The notes under the pieces were generated by a model. That model saw only the letters and a program-made list of their open reading frames with translations. It did no database searches and was not told where the DNA came from. DNA of 64,000 nucleotides, from assembly GCA_002269645.1 (NCBI GenBank), contig NIVC01000751.1:186001-250000 (forward strand). The letters are read 5' to 3'. Below are positions 36,101-46,268 of this stretch, one piece after another. The position numbers and the translations under genes were made by a program. This DNA is from Macrostomum lignano. Lineage: Eukaryota. Each line of letters begins with the position of its first letter. Position 1 is the stretch's first letter.

Positions 36101-36595
36101 AACTGCGAAGAGGTGTACACAGCCAGGACCAACAACACTCTGCCTTGTCCCAATCCTCAGTCAACCTTTATTGTACCCTACATACTACTGCCGCTGTACG
36201 TCACCATCACAACTATACTACTGCTCAGCCTCATTGTCGCCCTGTTCTCCAAAACAATTGAAGAGATCGACTGTAACAGCACGGCTCTGTGGCAGTTCGA
36301 ACGGTTCTTCTTCATCGCCTCCTACGCCAGCAACTCCTCGCTGCCGCCGCCGCTCAACGTCCTCGACATGGGCAGGGAGCTGCTACTGAAGGTGTGCCAC
36401 AGGTACCTGGAGCAGCCTCAGAAACCAATCGAAATGGACTTCTTCAACCAGGACGTGGCGTTGAAAGCTCTGATTTATCAGGCTATCGGGATGCGAAATT
36501 ATCGCAGCGAACTGCTGATCACGTGCGCCAACACTAAGGAGGCCAAAGCGGCCACTATCGGAGTGAAGCGGTCGGCAAGTCTGTTTCATCACTGA
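33182..36595 (+). CDS. TRP cation channel: ~6 N-terminal ankyrin repeats plus TRPM-type pre-TM/TM/TRP-box region, intronless, ~1137 aa (alternative ATG at 33146)
   Basis: Ankyrin motifs GQLPIHYA, RHTPLHRAC, GRTALHIAV; TRPM-like IWSILTGK..CLMAAGLL and LNCLHLAA..CQKAMDVAW; WNIFD, GPKLKMIYKM, FGEY pore, ALWQFERF..LPPPLN TRP domain. Confidence 0.9.
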   Translation: MESTTFRELFPVHELTEEISGFFGYIKTRLPRHSLFAAQQQLNVPSGANDKAALAALQAKERKEAELLLRMQRAAEEKDMAALSGLFSPANVDRPVKDAMRLSDLAAALGSTPMLQLVLDHGGQINAKNAAGQLPIHYALTSPEVPATVAYLLERGADPNIPMPNGDFLMHKACSDSATTLLDLLLNHQADPGCLDSQRHTPLHRACINDLREHAEIVLDAAPDLINQQDAFGRTALHIAVENQNIQLMKMLLEQGATIDRETENGMTAIDSMMVTKNRGALKELIVYFTEKVSKDVRAYKMTDLYRSKHFRQFLNVLKLIDSEACKCYYRAREEDLEQKRETELKLVNDLLDVDEENTQDVMDFQSKMMAALKTGAIHDCTDNREIIDTIAIFTTKYILFREDVSMLQDVMHCGVIWRHVSQFLEEHIATLYSKTNKDASIISKLFAEQFIDYSAGGKRAALRRTALVKKVGDVLGMYQLSRVNVAHCLEVTNPIDTLPIWSILTGKMNLTLEFLSQVQFEAVPVCLMAAGLLRNLHKVLNVDTLELPSIAVLADQCEIFACKVVERMCMVDVSEHKKTTYQYLLQILPAFDNLNCLHLAANCGCDTFLRLDTCQKAMDVAWYRFLLDVNPIYREIIIALGCIPLNPLVSIALYRDYRRLAHAEQERRLSLDAVQSADQTEGSGSGGGGGGGGGSSRNRRTSFMIEDDDTRDATSTMFSDALEFQPPDPRLHGGTMAAKVSECCTLYYYFYQIPAVKFRYFTISHLVLLCTLSYVVQFQLNASITALEVFVYITAFGFVVEEAKKFVQSIWRQKLLDYVRNKWNIFDFVTSLIFLTGFVLRLVVLEYEPYSLDQTMLGLFDNRLWYCTRAFLGTYCLLLWVKLLNTSRVHQYFGPKLKMIYKMIIKDLLPFLFILIIFLLGFGILMCSLLYPNGYYAYNPNRMSLISMAKRLVQFCFFSVFGEYHLDTVNGENCEEVYTARTNNTLPCPNPQSTFIVPYILLPLYVTITTILLLSLIVALFSKTIEEIDCNSTALWQFERFFFIASYASNSSLPPPLNVLDMGRELLLKVCHRYLEQPQKPIEMDFFNQDVALKALIYQAIGMRNYRSELLITCANTKEAKAATIGVKRSASLFHH

Positions 36596-36814
36596 GTCCA
36601 TCATCAATCAACAAATACGGATATGATCTTTTGCTTGTATTTTAACAGCCACACTCAACTTAATGTCTTTGTCTTAAAATTGCTGATAAAAAATCCATTA
36701 AACGTTATTTCTACCTAAAATATTATGGTAAAACGTGACTAAGTATTGTTTAATTTTTTGGTTTAGGAGCAATCAAAACTCATTTATAATTAAAAATTGT
36801 ACTTCTAATTATAA

Positions 36815-37692
36815 GCATCAGGGATGAGAAGCATCAGGGATGAGAAGCATCAGGGATGAGAAGCATCAGGGATGAGAAGCATCAGGGATGAGAAGCATCA
36901 GGGATGAGAAGCATGAGGGGTGAGAAGCATGAGGGGTGAGAAGCATGAGGGATGAGAAGCATGAGAGATGAGAAGCATGAGGGATGATGCATGAGGAATG
37001 AGAAGCTTTAGGGATGAGAAGCATCAGTGATGAGAAGCATCAGGGGTGAGAAGCATCAGTGATGAGAAGTATCAGGGATGAGAAGCATCAGTGATGAGAA
37101 GCATCAGTGATGAGAAGCATCAGGGATGAGAAGCATCAGTGATGAGAAGCATCAGGGATGAGAAGCATGAGGGGTGAGAAGCATGAGGGGTGAGAAGCAT
37201 CAGGGGTGAGAAGCATCAGTGATGAGAAGCATCAGGGATGATGCATGAGGAATGAGAAGCTTTAGGGATGAGAAGCATCAGTGATGAGAAGCATCAGGGG
37301 TGAGAAGCATCAGTGATGAGAAGTATCAGGGATGAGAAGCATCAGTGATGAGAAGCATCAGTGATGAGAAGCATCAGGGATGAGAAGCATCAGTGATGAG
37401 AAGCATCAGGGATGAGAAGCATCAGGGGTGAGAAGCATCAGTGATGAGAAGCATCAGGGATGAGAAGCATCAGGGATGAGAAGTATCAGGGATGAGAAGC
37501 ATCAGTGATGAGAAGCATCAGGGATGAGAAGCATCAGGGATGAGAAGCATCAGTGATGAGAAGCATCAGGGGTGAGAAGCATCAGTGATGAGAAGTATCA
37601 GGGATGAGAAGCATCAGTGATGAGAAGCATCAGGGATGAGAAGCATCAGGGATGAGAAGCATCAGGGATGAGAAGCATCAGGGGTGAGAAGC
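36815..37692. repeat. 16-bp minisatellite (gagaagcatcagggat)n
   Basis: Direct observation. Confidence 0.95.
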
Positions 37693-37715
37693 GACACAGA
37701 GGACAGGCCACTTAC

Positions 37716-38599
37716 CCTGCCGTTTCGTGATCATCACTGGTGTCTGGCGCATCTGCTCGTGCAGCCGTCTCTGCGCCTGCGGATCCGGTCGCCTCGACGG
37801 TCCCTTACGCGTCAACTCGGGCCGCTGCATTCGAACTACCTGGGTGAGAGGCTTCTGCGGCGGCGGCTGGTAGGGCACCAGCTCGTCCTCTGAGTCCGGC
37901 TCCCGCGGTGTCGGCCTGTTACTGCTAGCCTGCTGCATCATCGCCTCGGAGGCTGCGGCAGACGACAGCTCCACCATCCGGTTCAGGTAGTCCTCGTACT
38001 CCGCGTCAGTCTGGAATTCGCCTCTCAGACCGAAGCCCGAGTCGACTTGACGACCGGATTTGTCTTTGGCGTTCCTTCTCGACGAATTCGAAGCGGCCTT
38101 AGCTGCTGCGGCCATCCGGCGCTGCTCCATGGCCAGCTCCTCCTCCATCAGCTGGATGGCCGACTTCTGCGGCTCGAGGCGCGGTCGGATGGCCTCGTGC
38201 GAGTCGCGAAGTCCGCCAGAGGAGGCCGCGCCGGACAGGTCCTCCTGCATCAGGCGGCGGAGGTGAGCCTCTTCGCGTTGTTCGCGTTCAGCGCGTAGCT
38301 GCTCCCGGCGTCGCTGACGCTCGGCTTCGGCAGCTTTCCAGTCGGAGACGGTGGGTGCTGCCCCGCCGCCGCCGGCGCCACCCTGATAGGGCCTCGCCTC
38401 AGCCTCTCTTCGCTCTTGCTTCTGCTTGCGGTACTGCCCCAGCTGCTCCTTGCGACGCTGCTCCATCCACTGGCGCAGCTGAGCTCGCTCTTCGGGCGTT
38501 CGATGCTGCGGCTGCAGCTGGTGCTTCACGGCTGCCGCCGCGGCGCCCCGGCGTCGGTGTGACGACGCTGGACTGAGAGAGTGGGACCTGGCCGATGCA
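37716..38599 (-). CDS. CPLANE1: CPLANE1 exon 21 (Joubert-associated C-terminal domain; acceptor approximate)
   Basis: EERAQLRQWMEQRRKEQLGQYRKQKQERREAEARPY; donor cagg|gtaagt. Confidence 0.8.
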
Positions 38600-41500
38600 C
38601 TGCCAACGCCGAGATGCGAATTTCTTGTTAGGATCGGTTGGCACCCTGCTATGGACTCTAGTTAGTTACCTGGTCTGCTGTTACTCTCTCCGGATGCTAG
38701 TTACTCTCTCTGGATGCTAGTTACTCTCTCTGGATGCTAGTTACTCTCTCTCCGGATGCTAGTTACTCTCTCTGGATGCTAGTTACTCTCTCTGGATGCT
38801 AGTTACTCTCTCTCCGGATGCTAGTTACTCTCTCTGGATGCTAGTTACTCTCTCTGGATGCTAGTTACTCTCTCTGGATGCTAGTTACTCTCTCCGGATG
38901 CTAGTTACTCTCTCTGGATGCTAGTTACACTCTCCAGATGCTAGTTACTCTCTCTGGATGCTAGTTACACTCTCAGGATGCTAGTTACTCTGGATGCTAG
39001 TTACTCTCTCTGGATGCTAATTACTCTCTCTGGATGCTAGTTACTCTCTCTGGATGCTAGTTACTCTCTCTGGATGCTAGTTACTCTCTCTGTATGCTAG
39101 TTACTCTCTCCGGATGCTAGTTACTCTCTCTGGATGCTAGTTACTCTCTCTGGATGCTAGTTACTCTGTCCGGATGCTAGTTACTCTTTCCGGATGCTAG
39201 TTACTCTCTCTGGATGCTAGTTACTCTCTCCGGATGCTAGTTACTCTCTCTGGATGCTAGTTACACTCTCCGGATGCTAGTTACTCTCTCTGGATGCTAG
39301 TTACTCTCTCTGGATGCTAGTTACTCTCTCTGGATGCTAGTTACTCTCTCTGTATGCTAGTTACTCTCTCTGTATGCTAGTTACTCTCTCCGGATGCTAG
39401 TTACTCTCTCTGTATGCTAGTTACTCATAATGGATTCCAGTTACTCATAATGGCTGCTAGTTACTCTCTCTGGATGCTAGTTACTCTCTCTGGATGCTAG
39501 TTACTCTCTCCGGATGCTAGTTACTCTTTCCGGATGCTAGTTACTCTCTCTGGATGCTAGTTACTCTCTCCGGATGCTAGTTACACTCTCCGGATGCTAG
39601 TTAGTCTCTCCGGATGCTAGTTACTCTCTCTGGATGCTAGTTACACTCTCCGGATGCTAGTTACTCTCTCTGGATGCTAGTTACTCTCTCTGGACGCTAG
39701 TTACTCTCTCCGGATGCTAGTTACTCTCTCTGGATGCTAGTTACTCTCTCTGGATGCTAGTTACTCTGTCCGGATGCTAGTTACTCTTTCCGGATGCTAG
39801 TTACTCTCTCTGGATGCTAGTTACTCTCTCTGGATGCTAGTTACTCTCTCTGGATGCTAGTTACTCTCTCTGTATGCTAGTTACTCTCTCTGGATGCTAG
39901 TTACTCTCTCTGGATGCTAGTTACTCTCTCTGGATGCTAGTTACTCTCTCTGTATGCTAGTTACTCATAATGGATTCCAGTTACTCATAATGGCTGCTAG
40001 TTACTCATAATGGATTCCAGTTACTCATAATGGCTGCTAGTTACTCATAATGGATTCCAGCTACTCATAATGGCTGCTAGTTACTCATAATGGATTCCAG
40101 TTACTCATAATGGCTGCTAGTTACTCATGATGGATTCCAGTTACTCATTATGGATGCTAGTTACTCACTATGAATGCTAGTTACATGTTAATTACTCTAC
40201 ATAGAAAAATTAAAAACTTACGCATTAGCTGACGCTCCGGCCGAACGATGCGAGTGCAGCTGGTCGAGTTCCAATGGTGGCACCTCACTATTTGAGTCAG
40301 GCATTGGTGGGGTGCTGAAAGTTCATGAAGTTCATTTTTTAATTGATCGAACTTGTTACCGTTTTGCTAAGTGAATTTAGGCTGATGATGAGGAGAACAA
40401 GTCTCACCGCGCCAAATCGCGCCTCGGCGTGAACGGGTCCGGGTCTTTGCGCTGGTGCACTGGCGGCGCCTGCTGCTGACCAGCAGCTGGTCTTTGCTCA
40501 GCCATGTTAGTCTGGTTGGCTAAGGGCTGACGCTGAGGACTGCGGTCTCTCTGACCATCATCAGGTTCGTAAGTCTGCGACTGGTCAGCAGACTGCAGCT
40601 CGATGATGGTGGACAGAAGCTGGAAGGTTTTGGTTGAAAAAAATCTGTTTAAAGAGAGCACAAACTACGAAAATTGGATATAGCCTACACAGGCAATAAA
40701 CCCTGGATCAGCCAGTCAAATCAGCGAGAAGCACCCACCATCCATTGGCATAAGCCCTGGATCAGCCAGTCAAATCAGCGGGAAGCACCCACCATCCATT
40801 GGCATAAGCCCTGGATCAGGCAGTCAAATCAGCGGGAAGCACCCACCATCCATTGGCATAAGCCCTGGATCAGCCAGTCAAATCAGGTAGAAGCACTCAC
40901 CACCCAACTATACAGGCTATAAACCCTGGATCAGCCAGTCAAATCAGCGAGAATCACCCACCACCCCATTTACACGCAAGCCATAAGCCCTGGATCAGCC
41001 AGTCAAATCAGCTAGAAGCACCCACCTCCCTACTACACAGGCTATAAACCTTGGATCAGCCAGTCAAATCAGCGAGGAGTGCCAACCACCCCATTTACAT
41101 ACAGGCCATAAACCTTGAATCAGCCATTCAAATCAGCTAGAGAGAAGCACCCACCACCCCATTTGCACAGGCTATAAACCCTGGATCAGCCAGTCAAATC
41201 AGCGAGAAACACCCACCACCCCATTTACGTACAAGCCATAAACCCTGGATCAGCTAGTCAAATCAGCTAGAAGCATTCACTACCCCACTACACAAGCTAT
41301 AAACCTTGGATCAGCCATTCAAATCAGCGAGGAGTGCCAACCACCCCATTAACGCACAGTCCATAAACAGCAAATATGTTTACAAAAAATTAATCAAGCT
41401 GACCCTTTTATTTCTTTCATAGTCGCTGTCAAACCGATCGGACATATCCGCAATAAGACGCAGCCGTTTCTCCATGTCTTGCAGTACAGCATTTGAGTGT

Positions 41501-44500
41501 CCAGCTCGTTGAAGACTCTCCCATGACAGCGGCTGACGATCTGGTGGTTGTCCAGCTGCTGGTTCAGCCGATTGATCTACGTCATCTTGCTGCTGCTGCT
41601 GACGGTAGCGACGGTCGATCTTGGCGAGAGTGACAGGATCGCCGCCAGACTGGGGAGCATCTTCTGCTTCTGCTGCTGCTCCTCCTCGAGCCGAAGACAA
41701 CGGAGTCTTCTGCTTCTGCTGCTGATCAGATCTCTGACTAGCCAGAGCTTCCAAATCTATAGGCGGCATATCCTTAGCAACTAGATCGTCCCAGACTCCT
41801 TCATCAACGCTAACAACAGATAGGAACTTCCGTCCTTGACCGGAATTGTCTCCAGCGGAAGCCGCGGATTGATCGTCGAAACGCATCTGGCCCAGCACGC
41901 TTGGCGGCAGCGGCAGCCTCTGCTGGCCGGCCCGACTGCGAGCTGCGCGCATTAAATTAATAAATAAACTCTACTACTGTTCGAGTTGAAATAAGTAGAC
42001 AAGTGACAAAAACTTTATGAAAAATTTAAAAACTTACGCGTCTCGGTGACGAAACGTGGCGAAAACAGTGATAGATTGTTTAGCCTGGGTGTTGTGCCAG
42101 CGGAACGGTTCTCCTAGAAGATGAAACACATAAGTTAAGGCGATAAGGCGAGAATATACAAGCCAGTCAAATCAGCGAGGAACACCCACCACCCCATTTA
42201 GCACAGGCCATAAAATTGGATCAGCCAGTCCAATCAGCGAGGAACACCCACCACCCCATTTAGCACAGGCCATAAAATTGGATCAGCCAGTCCAATCAGC
42301 GAGGAACACCCACCACCCCATTTAGCACAGGCCATAAAATTGGATCAGCCAGTCCAATCAGCGAGGAACACCCACCACCCCATTTAGCACAGGCCAGAAA
42401 ATTGGATCAGCCAGTCCAATCAGCGAGGAACACCCACCACCCCATTTAGCACAGGCCATAAAATTGGATCAGCCAGTCCAATCAGCGAGGAACACCCACC
42501 ACCCCATTTAGCACAGGCCAGAAAATGGGATCAGCCAGTCCAATCAGCGAGGAACACCCATCACCCCATTTAGCACAGGCCATAAAATTGGATCAGCCAG
42601 TCCAATCAGCGAGGAACACCCACCACCCCATGAAGGATCCAGTAAACTCCATGAAGGGATTGGGTCATGATCTAAGTACACTGACGTAACTGCATATAGT
42701 GGCCCTGGCTCTCTCATAGTTTTTTAAACCCCCCTCTCCCCAAAAAACCAAGCGCTTCGATTTACCAAAGCTGCGGCAGCCTCCGGCCCGACCAGAGCGT
42801 CAATCAGTCCGGGCGTGATGGCGAATCCCTGCCGTCTGGCCGCCTCAGCCAGCAGCTCGTCCATAGACATGTCCTGACCGTCGTCGTGCTGCACCCAAGC
42901 GTCTCGGTGTCCAGTAGTGCCAGCGTCAACTTTAGCTGGGACTTTTTTCGGCGTACCGGAGCCCGCGTCCGCTCGACTGGGACCGGAGGATTGGTCTGCA
43001 AAGCTGCTGTCAGCCTGCTGCTCCTGTTGCTGCTGATACGAGTATTCTTGACCAAATGGCAACTGTTGATGTTGTTGTTGTTGCTGCTGCTGCTGCTGCT
43101 GCTGAGGCGGCCTATCCAGCCGCAACAACTGTTTGCCAAATCTTTCCAACTGTTCCATTCGAAGTCTTTCGTGTAGGCCGTCGTCTCCATCTCGTTCTTG
43201 CGCCGAGAACCCACCAGCAACGCCTGTCGATCTGAAATGGTCCAACACCAGCCGAGGATCCACTAGCGAAGGCCAGGCGCCACCTTCGCCAACGTCAACG
43301 TGGTCGTTCGCAGCAGACGCCGCCGGTCCCAACGTCGCAGTGGACACACTGGGCGGCGGCGGTTGACGTTCCATCGCGCGAAACACAGACGCCCAGGAAC
43401 CTCCTGCGGCGCCGCCGCCGCCGCCACCTCCAACTGAATCGTTCCGATTGGACAGAGTGAGCAAAGGAAACGGGAACTGCTGCTGCTGCTGCTGGGCAGG
43501 CGGCGGCAGCGAGTACTGCTGGTGCGCACGGCCAGACGTGACCGAAGCAGCTGGAACATCCGTGGCGTAGCGAGCCAACGGCGGCAAATTCAAATTCAAA
43601 TCGGATTCAAAAGCCGGATTGGCAAAGTTCAAGTCCTGAGCAGCCACCGAGGCGGAGGCGGCTGGCTGGTAGAACTCCGTGACCTCCGTCAGGTCGTCGC
43701 TCTGACCGGATTCTCGACGCGACCGACCGCTCTGACCGCCGGAAGCTTGTCGATTGTAGCGAAACGACGACTGGCCGAGGCTTCGTCGAGAGAATCGTCG
43801 TCGGCCTCCCGACCGTCTGCTCTCTCGGCCGCCGCCACCGGCTACTCCGTCTCTAGGCGACGAGTCGGGACTGTTGTTGGGATCCGAGTCGCCCGCGTCA
43901 GCCTCCAGGGCTTGGACTACGGCGGTTACGCTGGCCTGCTGGAACTGGAGGGCGAGGCGTCTGAGGCTGTAGGCTGGGGCTGGATGAAGGGATCGGGTCA
44001 TGATCTACAGCTGGATGAAGGGATCGGGTCATGACCTACAGCTGGATGAAGGGATCGGGTCATGACCTACAGCTGGATGAAGGGATCGGGTCATGACTCA
44101 AGCTGGATGAAGGGATCGGGTCATGACCTAGCCTGGATGAAGGGATCGGGTCATGACCTAAGCTGGATGAAGGGATCGGGTCATGACCTAAGCTGGATGA
44201 AGGGATCGGGTCATGACTCAAGCTGGATGAAGGGATCGGGTCATGACCTAAGCTGGATGAAGGGATCGGGTCATGACCTACAGCTGGATGAAGGGATCGG
44301 GTCATGACCTACAGCTGGATGAAGGGATCGGGTCATGACCTACAGCTGGATGAAGGGATCGGGTCATGACCTACAGCTGGATGAAGGGATCGGGTCATGA
44401 CCTAAGCTGGATGAAGGGATCGGGTCATGACCTACAGCTGGATGAAGGGATCGGGTCATGACCTACAGCTGGATGAAGGGATCGGGTCATGACCTACAGC

Positions 44501-46131
44501 TGGATGAAGGGATCGGGTCATGACTCAAGCTAGATGAAGGGATCGGGTCATGACCTAAGCTGGATGAAGGGATCGGGTCTTGACCTACAGCTGGATGAAG
44601 GGATCGGGTCATGACCTACAGCTGGATGAAGGGATCGGGTCATGACCTAAGCTAGATGAAGGGATCGGGTCATGACCTACAGCTGGATGAAGGGATCGGG
44701 TCATGACCTACAGCTGGATGAAGGGATCGGGTCATGACCTAAGCATTCAGAACTAACAAACCAGCACAGTCTCCTCACCTTGAACAAGCGCCTCATCTCC
44801 CTACGCAGGACCTGCTGTATCTGCTCGGCAATAACCGGTCCAGATGCGCCATTAACCGATCCGCTGGAAGCGTTGCCATTGACTACTCCGGTTGCCATGC
44901 TGTTGCTAATGATGTTACTAGGAACTTGACTCGAGCCCTCGACAGGATTCCGTCGATCCAATGCAGTCTGCTGATGCTGACCGACGGAATAGGAGGCTGG
45001 CGGTCGCTGATGAAGCTGCTGCTGCTGCTGCTGGTGTACCTGGCTGTTCCTGCAGAGAAATAGAAATTGAGTAGAGTTCTAGTACAGTATAAATATATAG
45101 CAACGAATAGCCAGAAAAAACTGTACTAGGTGACAGACAGGCAGACAGAATATACGCTCGCTTAAATTTGCTCTGTTCAAAGGCGTTCAGTGCACTGTAC
45201 TGCCTGTCACCTCATCAGTGTACGTCAATTTCCTATCTCTAGCTGTAGAAAGAGAAGGAAATGAGAGAGAAGAAGAGAATGGGTAGGGGAGGGGGGTTGT
45301 GGAGTAGTTCTCTGCACTAAATACCTGGCAGGTAGGTTTGCGGCTAAAGCTATGGGTGGCTGGAGAGAAACGGGAGAGGGGGGAGAGAAGGGAGAGAAGG
45401 GAGGAGTCATAAGGCTGCACGAGTGCTCAGAAAATTGGACGCCACGGCAGCCCAGAAAAGTGTAGCGTAGGGGCAGCCGTGTAAATAAAATCGCGCTAAA
45501 TTGTATGTTATAAGGCATTGGTTTTTGCGTCAAATAGCGCACAGTTTTGGGTGTCAGAACGGGGGAGGGGCGCCAAATTGAGAGTTGGGGGGCGCCAAAT
45601 CGAGAGTTGGGGGGCGCCAAATCGAGAGTTATGGGGCGCTAATTCGAGAGTTGAGGGGGGGCGCCGTTTTCGGTTATGTTTAGGTTAGGCTAAAGGACTG
45701 TCACTTACACAGCCGCTGGCACAGTCTCATCAGCTTCATCATGAATCTGCTCAGCCTCCAAAGGCGACTCAAGCCGGCCGCTACGACCGGTCTGACGCCG
45801 CCCCTCTCTGTTGCTGCTGCTGTCGTTTCTCTTGGCGCGCCGTCTCGATGCGCTGCCTGCCGAGGGCTCTCGCTCGTTTTTTGCATCGGTGACAAAATCT
45901 GACAGGTGCTTGTCGGCTGCGCGGCGGACCCGCTCGCTGTGCGACATCGACGAGCTCGGCGTGCCGACGCTGCTGGCCAGGGAGGCCGCTGGCGGGCTGC
46001 CGGCTCGATGGAGGTCCAGCGGAGGTGGCGGCTGCGGCCGCAGATGCGTTGGCGGCTGTTGCTGCTGCCGAAGGTCGTCACGATGGTCGCTTGGTGGCTG
46101 CGAGTGAAGTTCGGTTTGCGGATGCTGGGAT

Positions 46132-46199
<68 letters not shown>

Positions 46200-46213
46200 C
46201 ACACACAGACAGA

Positions 46214-46268
<55 letters not shown>

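Noticed and set aside
33324-36607. Small overlapping ORFs within the TRP gene
   Set aside because: Alternative-frame or antisense by-products of a GC-rich CDS.
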